A stretch of DNA of 41,417 nucleotides. Origin: a virus. The notes below the pieces were generated by a model, which worked only from the letters and a program-made list of their open reading frames with translations, did no database searches and was not told where the DNA came from. The translations under genes and the position numbers were made by a program. The stretch lies in UHGV virus genome UHGV-0392655. The stretch is one strand, 5' to 3'. The stretch's first letter is position 1. The number at the start of each line of letters is the position of its first letter. Of this stretch, positions 1 through 11,500 are shown in pieces.

Positions 1-386
1 GAATCATCGGCAACATTGCCGCCGGCAACCTGGCGGATGGAGACACCATTCCGCAGGACATCAGACTATACCGTGAACTGGAAAAAGGGGAATACTTGCT
101 GCGCGTGAACGGTCACTCTATGGAACCTTCCATTCCGGACAGTTCCGTGGTCATCATGAAAAAATACACCATCCCCCCCATCCCCAAACCTGGAACCATT
201 GTTCAATACCATGATGAACGCGGCGTGACGCTCAAAAAACTGGTCCGCAGGAAAAACCCGGAAACCGGTAAAATGGAATACGTATTACATCCACTTAATC
301 CCGACTTCGGAGACATCGAACCCATGGACGGCGGCAAAATCTCCGGCATCTATGTGGAAACGCTGGAGAAGTGGAAAAAGGCATAA
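1..386 (+). CDS. C-terminal S24 (LexA/CI-type) autopeptidase domain of a phage repressor. The 5' end is truncated by the window edge, and the frame is open from position 3. It is the continuation of the HTH ORF at 41042..41417 if the genome is circular.
   Basis: Translation '...IIGNIAAGNLADGD...YLLRVNGHSMEP...VTLKKLVRRKNPETGKMEYVLHPLNPDF' has the Ala-Gly cleavage-site context, a Ser nucleophile (GxSMEP) and a Lys general base (KKL), as in lambda CI and LexA. No start codon exists upstream within the window. Confidence 0.8.
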   Translation, partial: IIGNIAAGNLADGDTIPQDIRLYRELEKGEYLLRVNGHSMEPSIPDSSVVIMKKYTIPPIPKPGTIVQYHDERGVTLKKLVRRKNPETGKMEYVLHPLNPDFGDIEPMDGGKISGIYVETLEKWKKA

Positions 387-496
387 ATGTAATTATATGT
401 TAGTTGTTGTGTAATCGTTCACAAAATATGCTTGCCGTTAATTGATTATAAAACCGTATTGTATTCTGCAACAAATAAGCATGTGATATCCATTAC

Positions 497-706
497 ATGA
501 AAGCTCTCGCAATCATCATCACAGCAGTATCCTTGGCTACCCTAGCCAACGCTCATTCCGGGCGTACCGACAAGAACGGTGGTCATTATGACCGCAAGAC
601 CGGCACGTACCACAAGCACATGTTTGATACGTGCCACTCCGGTAGATTAGATTCCAACGGTGGGCATTACGACCGCAAGACTGGCACGTACCACCGCCAC
701 AGATAA
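497..706 (+). CDS. Small secreted protein with two tandem YHYH-type repeats (GRxDxNGGHYDRKTGTYH[KR]H).
   Basis: N-terminal signal peptide MKALAIIITAVSLATLANA is followed by two near-identical ~25-aa repeats. The gene is AT-richer than the phage core. Confidence 0.6.
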   Translation: MKALAIIITAVSLATLANAHSGRTDKNGGHYDRKTGTYHKHMFDTCHSGRLDSNGGHYDRKTGTYHRHR

Positions 707-723
707 GCGGAAGGTTTCTGTTC

Positions 724-756
724 AGCCCTTGGCCTCCGGGTCAGGGGCTTTTTTGT
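724..756 (+). terminator. Rho-independent terminator downstream of the YHYH gene.
   Basis: Hairpin AGCCC..GGGGCT followed by TTTTTT. Confidence 0.45.
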
Positions 757-794
757 TGTTCTTTACAGAAGAAAAAGATAGCTACTTGTTACGT

Positions 795-1205
795 CTATCT
801 ATTTGCCCGCTCTTTTTCTATACGATCCTTATTTGCTTCAATCCATGATTTTGGTGTTGCATTTTTACAGTTGCCTTCCCATTTGTACGAAACAACCTTA
901 TTGCTTTTTATCATAAAATCTGTTGTACAGTTGTAATTAGTATCAGCGGCGGCCCACATTCCTAGTGCATCTCCTAAAGGATCTCCTGTTGGCTGAGGAG
1001 TAAAATTTTTGTATTTGACATATTGAATGATAGTATATCCATCCTCTGTTTTAAATTGTTTGGATGGGGTGCCCCAATCAAATAGAAGTTCCGAAGAAGA
1101 TTTACCTAAATAGGATTTGACATAATCATCGTAGTAGCATTGAGAACAAGAAGAAACAAATCCAGAGAATAACACAGTGACAATAGAAAAGAGAGAAGCT
1201 TTCAT
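795..1205 (-). CDS. Lipoprotein (moron). Start taken at MKASLFS.
   Basis: Signal peptide with lipobox-like FVSSC. AT-rich codon usage unlike the phage core. The six-frame ORF extends to 1244 but the internal ATG at 1205 gives a canonical signal peptide. Confidence 0.5.
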   Translation of the reverse strand: MKASLFSIVTVLFSGFVSSCSQCYYDDYVKSYLGKSSSELLFDWGTPSKQFKTEDGYTIIQYVKYKNFTPQPTGDPLGDALGMWAAADTNYNCTTDFMIKSNKVVSYKWEGNCKNATPKSWIEANKDRIEKERANR

Positions 1206-1237
1206 ATACACTATACATATATAAAATGTGGTTATTT

Positions 1238-1254
1238 TTGTCAAGTATTGACAA
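1238..1254. promoter_or_regulatory. Perfect palindrome TTGTCAAgtaTTGACAA in the divergent promoter region between the lipoprotein gene and the HTH-paralog operon. Candidate operator.
   Basis: 7-bp inverted repeat with 3-bp spacer, directly seen. A TTGTCAA half-site also occurs in the main repressor operator region (40931..40937). Confidence 0.35.
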
Positions 1255-1303
1255 CAAAGCCCCCCCTCATATTCTCCCTTTTCCGGTATGATAGTTCTAA
1301 GGA

Positions 1304-1648
1304 ATGCACTCGAAAAGTGACATCAAGAAATGGCTCAAAGAAACCGGAAAGGACTGCAACTGGCTCGCTGAACAATGCAGAGTCAGTATTCGCACGGTGT
1401 ATGGCTGGATGTCGGTCCGGAGAAAAATACCAGCCAAGTCACTTGCCCGCATCCGGGAGTTGATGGGCGAGGTGGAGCCATCCTTGGGCGTGATCAAAGG
1501 AGTGGAGAAAGGAAGTCTTGAGGCTCTGCAATTGGAAAACACCATTCTCAGGGCGTGGATTGCGTCGCACCTGCAGCCCGGGGAAGTGATAGATATTGAT
1601 GAATGGATAAAAGATTATTGCCATAATATCCACAGAGAGCTAAGTTGA
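1304..1648 (+). CDS. HTH DNA-binding protein. It is a paralog of the N-terminal domain of the CI-like repressor but lacks the S24 peptidase domain.
   Basis: 'SDIKKWLKETGKDCNWLAEQCRVSIRTVYGWMSVRRKIPAKSLARIRELMGE' aligns with 'EDIKTWLKEIGKDRAWLAEKTLVSKRTVDNWLSAGKPIVPQKMELIEKLMSGE' from 41042..41417. Confidence 0.6.
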   Translation: MHSKSDIKKWLKETGKDCNWLAEQCRVSIRTVYGWMSVRRKIPAKSLARIRELMGEVEPSLGVIKGVEKGSLEALQLENTILRAWIASHLQPGEVIDIDEWIKDYCHNIHRELS

Positions 1649-1651
1649 GGC

Positions 1652-1900
1652 ATGACTATGAGAAAACTGTTGATCTATGCCGCCTCTGCTGTGTGCCTCT
1701 CCGTGGCTTCCATTGGAGCTTGCCCTGTGGGAAGCACTCAGACTTCTGTGAAGATAGAAGCCGCGCAGGGGAAATACTGGATCAGCTCAACAGGGAAGAC
1801 GCATAACTCTTCTTGCCGATACTACAACAACTGCAAGGGATATTGGAGTGATACCGGTAGCGGTGTGAATTGCAAGATTTGTGGCGGGGCAAATAAATAA
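1652..1900 (+). CDS. Small cysteine-rich secreted lipoprotein (82 aa). Candidate superinfection-exclusion (Cor/Llp-like) protein.
   Basis: Signal peptide ending in lipobox-like SIGAC. The mature part has 6 Cys (CRYYNNC, CKICGG). It starts 3 nt after the HTH paralog's stop. Confidence 0.45.
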   Translation: MTMRKLLIYAASAVCLSVASIGACPVGSTQTSVKIEAAQGKYWISSTGKTHNSSCRYYNNCKGYWSDTGSGVNCKICGGANK

Positions 1901-1916
1901 TAATCTAATCAACGTA

Positions 1917-2507
1917 ATGAAGCAAATATTACTATTTTTTTCACTTCTTTTCCTTTCATCAACCGGATTTTCTTTTAATGTTCCGGACATGATGGACGAG
2001 CTTATTAAGTTGTTTGGTAATGATATGCGTCTAATAGATGATTCAATGTTGGCAATAAGGGTGAACGATAAAAAATCATCTCCTGTTCTTTATGTGTATT
2101 TTTGTGATGAAGATACCCAATCGCTCAATATAGAAGAGGCGATGAGACAGTATATCAACAAAGGAAAGAAGTTGTTGTTTAATAAAATAATTATAGGGTC
2201 TCATGTTATTAATGTACCAAGAGTAGAACGATGGATAAAGAGTAAGAATAATCCATTGGAATTAACTAAAAAAAATGTATATGATATATTTCAAAAAGCA
2301 TGCATGGGAATGGGGATTATAATGGATGGAGAAAAAGACGTAAACAGTTGGATGTACGTTGGAAAAATAGAACCGCCGGTAGTAGATGTTTTTGGTACTG
2401 ATGCAGTCATGTCGGAAAAAGAAGCAATCTTCCTCATCTATTCCCATGTGATAGCCAGAAGAGTTTTAGAAAAAACTATAGAAAGAATGGAAGGTTTAGG
2501 ACAATAG
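1917..2507 (+). CDS. Secreted or membrane-anchored hypothetical protein (about 197 aa) encoded by very AT-rich DNA.
   Basis: Start at MKQILLFFSLLFLSSTGFSF (hydrophobic N-terminus). The strong terminator follows immediately. Composition is sharply different from the phage core. Confidence 0.5.
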   Translation: MKQILLFFSLLFLSSTGFSFNVPDMMDELIKLFGNDMRLIDDSMLAIRVNDKKSSPVLYVYFCDEDTQSLNIEEAMRQYINKGKKLLFNKIIIGSHVINVPRVERWIKSKNNPLELTKKNVYDIFQKACMGMGIIMDGEKDVNSWMYVGKIEPPVVDVFGTDAVMSEKEAIFLIYSHVIARRVLEKTIERMEGLGQ

Positions 2508-2543
2508 CTTCTATAGAATAAACAATTCTTCTGAATCATGTTA

Positions 2544-2579
2544 GCCCTCCTCCCCACCCTCCAGGGAGGAGGGCTTTTT
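2544..2579. terminator. Strong intrinsic terminator at the 3' boundary of the moron island, 5 nt from the stop codon of the giant gene.
   Basis: Perfect 11-bp stem GCCCTCCTCCC/GGGAGGAGGGC with a 9-nt loop followed by TTTTT on the plus strand. Confidence 0.65.
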
Positions 2580-2583
2580 ACCG

Positions 2584-5500
2584 TCAATCTATCACATCCG
2601 CTACAGTCTTCACCGGATTCATCAGAGCAGCTCCTAGCGTCATATACTGCCCGGCAGTCTGAATCGTCTTATTCGCCATGCCGCTGGCAATCCCGCCTGC
2701 CGCGCCAAACACGCGTCCCAGCCGGATCACCTGCTTCATGTAATCCCCGGCTTCATGGCCGCCCTCCTGCATTATCTCGCCCAGCTTCCAGGCGGCATTC
2801 CAGCCTGAGCGGAAATCAATCAGGGCGCGGCCGGCGGAACCTGTGTACACCTTGGACCCCAACAACTCGGAAAACAGCCACTCTACGGCTTCCCCTACCA
2901 GCGGCATCCCGGCAATAGGACCGGCCAGGGCAGCGAACAAGTACCCCTGCCAATCGCGCTTCTCCCACTCCTCTTCATCATCCTTCATGTAATCCAGCAT
3001 GGCGCCGATGATGGCGTTAAACGCCCCGTAGGCCAGCCATACCTTTCCAGCCTTGGATAAGGAAGCCCACCGCTGTTTGGGCGTCACCCCTGGGGCAAAC
3101 CCGGCCCGTGCCAGTCCGTAAATCGCAGCCGTTTTATTGTGATTCTCGCTCATCATGTAGAAAATAGCGCGTCCCCAAGCGCCGCGGTGCAGGCCGCCAA
3201 ACGACTTGTCAATCCACGTCTGGGGCTGGGCGGAATGCAGCGCATTCCTCACCGCCTGCCACGCCTCGTCTTTTGCCCTCCCTTCCTCCACGCCCGCCTT
3301 GACGGCCTGCCGGTACTTGATATTCCAGAGGGCGGCGGACCCCACAGCATTGAAAAACACATCCGTGTACTCAATCCCGTTCATTCCCCACACCAGCGCG
3401 GCCTCCGCCAGCGTGTAGGAGGAATCATCCCTCAGGCGGGACAATGTCTCCACGTCAACCCGGTCATTCAGCCGCGCCTGGAACTCGGCGCTCTTCATCA
3501 TCTTAATCACCCCCATCTCCGCCGTTCCGTTACGCATCTTCGCCATCGTCCCCAGGTAATCCCAGAAACCGATGCTCGGATCTCCAATCCACGCATTCAG
3601 CACGGCGGCCCCCTGCTTCATCAGCGTCTCAAACCGGAATGCCAGAATCGCCTTCGCCTGCCCGGAATACACGGCATTAAGAAGCTTATCCAGGGAACCC
3701 ACCGCCTGCCCCTGAACCACGCCGGCCCGCTCCAGCAAATCCACCCAGCGGCGCAGCCTCACAAAATCATCCTTCCCCAAATTCGCCACCAGGCTCTCGG
3801 CCACCTCCCGGCGTCGCAACAGCCCCCGGAAATCCGCCGTAATATCCTGCGTGTAATACCAGTGGTCCGTCATATCCGTCGCCTCCCAGAACACGGAAAG
3901 CGCCCCCACGCTCGTATCCAGCCTCCGGTGATGCTTCGTCCTCACCCTCTGCCAGCCCTGGTTCCCCCCCTTCGTGCTCGGCACGCCGGAAATCATATCC
4001 GCCGCATCCGCATCACTCATCGCATCCAGCGCCCAGAAACGGGCAGGGAAATAATTCTCCACGCGGGGGAAGGGAACGCCCGTCACCTGCTCGTACAGCT
4101 TCCCGATCTTATCCCCCTGGGCCTTCAGCAGCTCCCGCAGCCCGTAGCCGATCGCCATGCCTTCTTCCCCCACGTACTCGCGCAAAGCGGAAATAACCTC
4201 CGGCGTATACCCCTGCTGCTTCATCATCTCCCGGTAATCCTCCTGCTCGGACTGCAGCACCAGGTACAGGGCATTATCCCGGCTCAACACCAGCGGGGAA
4301 CCCTCCTCCCCCTTAAAAGACGCCTTCGCCGTCACATACTTCCGGTAGACCGGCCTCCTGCCCTCAGCCCTCGCCCGGGCCGCGGCCTCCTCATGCTCCC
4401 GCAAGCGGGCCAACAGAAGGTCCAGCGTCTCTTCGGAAAAATACTCCATCCCCTCCTCCCATCGCTTCCGGATAAACTCCTTCCTCTGCCGGGCATCCAT
4501 CTCCCGCACCTCCCGGGCCTGCTCCAAGGTCAGCCGCGCCGTCTGCGTAATCCACCCATTCAGCCGGACTTTTGTATCGTGGCTCGTCTTAAACCACGTC
4601 ACCCATCCAGCCATATTGCCAACCTTCCTGGCCTTCATCACCTTCTCCGTAAGATGTTTCTCATAAAGATCCTGCACGGCGGCGGCACGCAGCCCGCGGG
4701 CATCCCGCATCTGCTGGAACGCATTCGTCAGCCGGCTGCGCATATCGGTCGTGAACTCCTGCAGGGCGGGCATCGTTCCCATGCGCGTCAGCAGCTGGTC
4801 CATATTCTCCATGAAATCGCCGAAATTCTTGAAACTCACCTTCCCGTGGAACTTCTCATTGGCGGCGCGCAGCGTATTCTCATCGGCCTTCTTCCCGGTC
4901 TGGTTGAACCTCTCCACAATCCTCCTTCCAATCGCATTCAGCCGTTCGGCGGCGGCCTCCTGCACGGCGGCCCATCCCTCCTTCTCCGTATTGATGTAAA
5001 TCTCCAGCGCCTTCGCGGCGGCCTGCGCCTCGTCCACGCTCATCCCCTCCAGATTCCCGTACAGGGCCAGCCGGGTCAGCTCCTCACGCAGCTCCTCCAT
5101 CCTGGACACGGCCTCGCCGTCCATCTGGTCGGGGTTCTCCTTCTCCAGCTTATCCAGCTCGGCGGCAGCCTCATTCATCGCCGCCTCCTTCTCCATGGCC
5201 GTCATCCGGAGCAGGGGCACCACCTGATCCGTTAAATAGGCGTAAGCCTCCATGGAAACCTTCCCCTTCTGCTGCTTCCCGTTCTTCTTGCGGATAGTGA
5301 GAACCTGGTCCAGCATCCGTGCCATGCCGGCGGAAACTCCATCCTTGGCCAGCGCTTCCAGTTTCCCGGCGGCCTTCTCCATCACCTCGGCCATCAGCTC
5401 GTGTAAACGTTTCTCCGCCCAGGCCTTGCGTACCTTCTCCATCTCATCCTCAAACACCTCTTTGGCGAACTTCTGCGTTGGCTTCTTACCCTTCTCCCAG

Positions 5501-8500
5501 GCTGTGCCGGCAGCCGTGACCCTGGCTGTAATCTCTGCTTCCTCCATCCCCTCCCGGGTCGCCTCCGCCATCTCCCGCTTAATCTCCCGGCGGGCAAACG
5601 CATTCACCATTCTTGTCTCATCAATCTTCCCCTTGGCCGCCAGCTCCGCCAGAATCTGCAACCGGTCGATGTAGGGCTTCACGGCCACGCGGTACCCGGC
5701 GGGCAGGTGCATCAGGGCACTCTTCACCAGGGCAACATTGCGGCCCACATTCACCAGGAACGCCGCTTCATCCGTTTTCCCGTCGTAGCGTCCCCAGGTG
5801 GCGGCATCCGCTCGCAGGTTGGCGGCGATCCGGTGGACTACCTCAAGATTCTGTGTTCCACGGCTCACACGGCGTGGGAAACCTTCGGACAAGGAAAACG
5901 TCGCCGTCGGATCCTCATAATCCGCCCACGCTCCCCCGGTGGACTCATCCGCAAACGCCGTAATCTTGATATCGTTCCCGTCAAAAATCACGTAATTATA
6001 CGTCTGCTCCTCCTCTGCCTTATTGCGGGTATAGCCGTCAGCATACTTGATTCCCTTAATATCGCTGGACAGCAAAGACACGCTGGCGGCCTTCTGCGCC
6101 TCCTGTTTCGTGCCATCTTCTCCATCCCAAAAAGCATCAAACAACTCCTGATAAACATCTTTGCCGCTCACGTTTTCGCCGCGGTAATCCGCCCGTCTTT
6201 CGGCACGTTCCAAAGCATACCGCACCTCTTCCACCGGGGAATCCTTCAACAAGGCAAGAACCGTCTCGTCCACGTAATCCCAGCCCATCAACTCGGAATC
6301 CTCTACATTCAGCTCCACGCGGTAATTGGAAGGCATGCCCGTCCTCACCTCTATCTCGTCCAGATGGTCAAGCAGAGAAAGCATGAAGCCTTCCAGTTGT
6401 TCCAGCTTCTCCCGCTCCTGGGGGTACGTCTCCGCGTATTTCCTGTTAGTATCAATTTCATCATGCAACTCCATGACGATGTCTAAAACAGTCATGCTTC
6501 CTCTGGCGGCATCAACCAAATCGCCAAGAACAGACCAGGCGATATCTGACGCGTCCTCCTTCGCCTCCGGCAGGGCATCCTTCGGCAAAAAACTGCCTAC
6601 CAGGGATCGTTGCATCACTTCTATAACGCCAGTCTCCACCTCCCGGAACTTCCATGTCGCCTTATCCTGCGCGAACTGGTTCATATAACTCCGGTTCACC
6701 TTCGGATTCTCCGCAAAATACAGCCCCCAGCCATACGCCTGCGCTCCTTCTCCTTTACCCATGAAATCCGTAGAAAATTTGCGGAAAGAATGAGGGGAGG
6801 CATGCAGGGCAGTAATGGAGAACGTCACGCCCGGTTCCGTAATCACCGCGTTGCCCGCTTCAAAATGGCCGTCATGGAACAAACCCTGTTCCTGTGCCGA
6901 GGCAATGGAAAAAGCAACAATCGCCTCACCTGGGAACTCCAGCGTATCATTAAACGGCACAGCTTCCCGTTCCCGTGCCGTCATATCCCGGCGCTTCTCC
7001 ACATTCCTTGCCTCTATTTCCCCGGCCAGACGCTGGTAAAGGTCAAACGGCTCCAAATCCTTCAATTGCCGCACAACAGCTTCTTTCCCCCTGTAGAGCT
7101 TTTCCAGCTCCTGCCAGATCCTCTTTTCCTCCCCGGGAAACCTCATCTTGCGGGAAACCGTTGCCTTCACCATCTCAATCTGTCGGTCTATCTGCTCTAT
7201 GGTGACAGCATCCACATTCACCCCGCCGCGGAGCAACATCCCGGCGTAACAAATCGGCAATTCGCAACCTTCGGCATCTTTCCCCATCGTTAATTTGCCG
7301 TACTCCGCATCCTGTGCGACAAGCTTATTATACTCCTTCAAAAGCAACTCAATAGCCTGCCTGGCCATCACATCTACATCCATCACCTCATGCACGGCAA
7401 ACCGCTCGGACATCTTCTTAATAGCCTTCGGATTCCTTATCAACCTGCGTATCCGGCCTAAAGCGTCCAAAGCCGCATCACGGGCTAAAAGCCAACTCCT
7501 GCGCCTCGTCTTCGCAATAATATCCCCTGTGATCCTGTTGCGTTGATAGGTAAGAACCCTCTCCGCAAAGCCAGAATCCCCCCCCTCGGCAAAACCCTCA
7601 TATTCCTGAATCGCATGTTGAATCTCATGAAGCAACGTGGAACGCTGATTCCAAAGCGGCCCCAGGCTGGACAAATTGATGGCAATGGAGTCATCCTGGG
7701 GATCATACCATCCTGCCTCCTGCCGGTTGCGGTCCTTAAACACATAAACAGACATCTTCTTCAAGCGGGGATAGGCATCATACAACTCGGAATAATCCAA
7801 ATAATCTGACAAAACGCCTTCCTTCCTTGGATTCTTCAAATAGCGTATATCCTCCGCCAAAAGATCCAGTCTGGAAAGATAAGGCATTCCAGGCGCAGTC
7901 TTCAGCTGTGCCTGGCTTGCGTCAATCTCCGCCCGCAACTTGCCGTCATCCCTTCCGGCGAAAGCCTTATCGGCATACTTTCCCCAAGTGGCCGCATTCG
8001 GGCCTATCACGGAAAACGTAATATCCGGATTCTTCGGATCAAACGTCCCCCGGTTATCCGTGGCGGACTTGATCTGATTCGGCTCAAAGGCAATGTACTC
8101 CGTCCATTTACCCAGTACAGCAATGAGTCCATCATGTCCTCTTTCTTGAGCGCTACCGGCTATCTGGGCCGCTCCTCTCGCATACGGCCGGAATATTCCA
8201 AACCTGTCATCTTCATGAAAATTCCCATCCCAAATATTTAAATAATCGCCTATCTCTTCAGCAGACTTGTAATCATTAAAAATAAAAGGATTCCTGAAAT
8301 TCAGAAACAGAGCCAGCTTCTTGTTCCCGTACGGAGTATTCTCCATATTGGTAAAATAAAATCCTCTACCCCATATACCATAATCAGTAGCAGATCCAAT
8401 CCTGGCCTTGTCAAACACCGTGAAATCACCGTATGTCCCATGATACACCACCCTCGGCTCTCCATTCTCGTCCACCACCTTGGAAGCATTCTCCGGGTCA

Positions 8501-11500
8501 TGCTCCCAATCGCCAAACCAATTCTTAAACGCCGCCGTGCGCACGGAAAGCCACTGGTCTTCCGTCAGATTCGTTTCCTTCCCATTCGGGGCCTTCATGA
8601 ACGTCCCGTCAGCGACCACCTTCTTCCTGATGGACGCCTTTTCCTTCTCGACAAACGAACGATAGGAAGATAAATTACGGGTAGAAACCCCGTCCTTAAA
8701 GGGTGTAGGTAGGCGGCCTTCCCGGCTAGCAGCTCCCCTAGCGGCGGGGTTTTCTATAGTCAATTCCAGCGTGTAAAGAACGTTACCTTCCTGTTCCTTA
8801 ACGTATTTGATTGCTGTAACATTAACATCAAACGCTCCTATCCCTTCAATATCTACTGTATTGAAAAAATGATAGGCTCCGGCTTTTGAGGCATCTTGTT
8901 TATACGCCTCTTCAAAAAATCCATCCTCCGCATTCTCAAACAACTCGTGAATGCGGGCCGTAGCCGTATAATGAACCCTCCGGGCCTCCTCCGCGGAAAA
9001 CCCAAGCGCCTTCAAATTCGCCACGGACATTTGGGCCGCCCCGGCCTTGCCCACCGTCTTGCCGGAAACGCGCGCCTCAATCACGGCCTGAATCCCCGTA
9101 TTCTTATTAACGAACACCTTGCCCTGCAACGGCTTCAACCTCGCCCGCATCTCGGCGGCGGTAGTGATCACCTCCCCGGAAGGAATGGACACCAGGGAAA
9201 AACTGACGGAGGAATCCTCTGCCAGGGACATGGAAACCCCGCTGCCGCCGACCTCTTCAACAATACGCTGAACATCGGCTTCCCCCTGTCGCGCCCCCTC
9301 CTGCATCCAGTAGGACTCCAAACTATTGGAAAGCGCATGAACCATCTGAGCGAAATCCGCGTCAATCGGGACGCTCTCCCCGGCCAGCCGGCGGCGCTCC
9401 ATCTCGTGCAGACCTGTACCCAAATCCAGCAGAGCCTTGGCGGAAGAAACCCACTGGCGCACCATCTGCAGAAAATCCTTCATCCACTGGGGCAGCCTCA
9501 TATCCGCGGCCCGGGCCAATACGTCGCCCTTGGCCAGCATGCTCATCCCCTCAACCACATCCTTCACGGAAACCTCCCCATCCTTCCGGATCAAATCCTT
9601 CCTCTTGCTTAAATACCCCTCCTTGCGCAATGCGTCCTGAAGGGCCCGCAGATTATTCGCGTACCAATCCAGGCTATGCTTCGTATTCTCCATATCCTCC
9701 GTCAGGTGGGTCTCCAGCACCTCCTCCAGCAATTCAGGAACCGTCACCTCCCCCTTGTGGAAGCGGATCAGCGTCTGCCCATTCCTCATCGCCACCCGGT
9801 ACGCGTTGCTGTGTACACGCCGCGAGGCGGAAACCTCCCCGCGCGCCACACCCAATTTCACGCGCTCCTCAAAAGAAGAACCCATCCCGGCAGCCTGCCC
9901 GTACGTCATCCGCGTTCCCAGGTCCTGGGCCTCGGCATTCACATCCGCCCCTTCGGCAATGCGCAGCCGGGCGGCCTCGGCCAGCTTCCGGGCCGTCTCC
10001 ACCGTCTCGGCCCTCCCCATATCCTCAAACACATACTTCCCGGACTGAGACAGCTGGTCGATCGTCCTGTCCACGGCAAACGCCTGCTGGGCCTCCAGCA
10101 TCCTCAGGCGAATCCCGTCGTGCAGCAGGGCCTGCATCCGCGCCGTGGCGTCCTGTTCGCTCAGCTCCAGAACATCGTAAGACTCCTGTCCCTCCGCATC
10201 CCTGACTGTCGTGGTAAACCTCCAACTCCCATCCCCCAAATCCTCCACGCGGGGCAGATTAAGAAGCTCCACCTCCGCCTGATAAGCCTCCTGACGGGCC
10301 AGCCATGAAAAATCCTCCTTCATGGCGGAAAACCCCTGTCGCACACTCTCCAGCTGGGCCGCCCGGTCGGACATGCTCAACGCGGCCTGGAAAATCTCCC
10401 GGCTCTTCTCCACGGGATCCACAATACTGGCAATCCTCTCCGCCTCGGCGCGGTCTATCCCCAGCCCCTCGATCTGCGGGGCGCCCACCCGTGAAACCCG
10501 CGCCTCCCGCGCAAACGCCGGAATCTGGGCTCCTCCGACCACAGCGCCGAACATCAGCATCTGGAAACCAAGATCAGGATCCGCCGCGCCTCTCAGCAGC
10601 TCCTTCCAATCCTCAACCGTCATCCCGTTTCCACTCCCAAACAATCGGGCAAGCCCGGCATCCAGAGGAGCCTGGAGCGTCGGTTGAATAAACTCCTCCA
10701 TCCACTCGGAACCACCCGCGGCCAGAGACGCAACGCCGTAGCGCAGCGCGGCATTACCGTACAACCCGCGCTTCATCATATCCGTAGCGCTCCCCATATA
10801 CCCGGCAAATTTGCCGGCAAACGGCATCTTTCTGCCAAGAAACCGCAACGTCTTAAACAAGCTCTCGCCGCCCAGCCTCTCCACCAGAACCTCCGTGCCC
10901 CCGGCTATTCCGCCCCGTATGAGGGATTCCAGCGGGGAAACGCCTTGGGCGCGCAGCTCCTCCATCCTGTCGTTGGCGACGGACGCAAACGTTCCCATGC
11001 CGCGCGTAGCCAGGAAAAAGGAAGTCTGGGCAGCCATTCTTCCCAGCCCGTCAAACTGGCGGCGAATCCACCAGGCCCCATCCGGGGACTCGGCAATCTC
11101 CGCCTTCATCGCCCGGATTTGGGAAATCATCTCATTCTGATCCGGGGTCAAAACGCGGTACGCCTGCTTCCCCTCGCTATCGCGCACCACGGGCGCAAAA
11201 CTCTCTCCTGTCGGCTGCCACTCAACCGTATCCCCCTCACGCACATCTCCCAAAAGCAACTGCTCAAACAATGAAGAAGAACTCTCCATCATCATCCTCA
11301 TCGTTCGGTTAAAAGGAGAAACAAACAACGTGGAATCATTCCTCAACCGTTCAGCATCCGCCTTATACAAACCAATCACGGCCTCGGCTGCCATGGGATC
11401 TTCTGTTTTTAAATCCAGTAAAGCCTTGGCAAAATCAAACACATTGGCATCCGTTATATTGCCTGTCATCTCATCCCGCGCCTCCTGGCGGAAATCATCC

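Noticed and set aside
1-2530. Interpretation of the low-GC left end as bacterial chromosome flanking an integrated prophage.
   Set aside because: The repressor ORF is continuous in frame across the window ends, and int sits next to an intact attP-like region in the middle of the phage. A circular phage genome with an AT-rich moron island is the better explanation.
3139-5235. Long plus-strand ORFs (698 aa at 3139..5235, 997 aa at 15838..18831, 536 aa at 20187..21797, 430 aa at 18498..19790 and others) overlapping the minus-strand genes.
   Set aside because: Their translations are Pro/Arg/Leu/His-rich low-complexity strings, typical of antisense frames in GC-rich coding DNA. The minus-strand partners have recognisable domains and consistent operon organisation.
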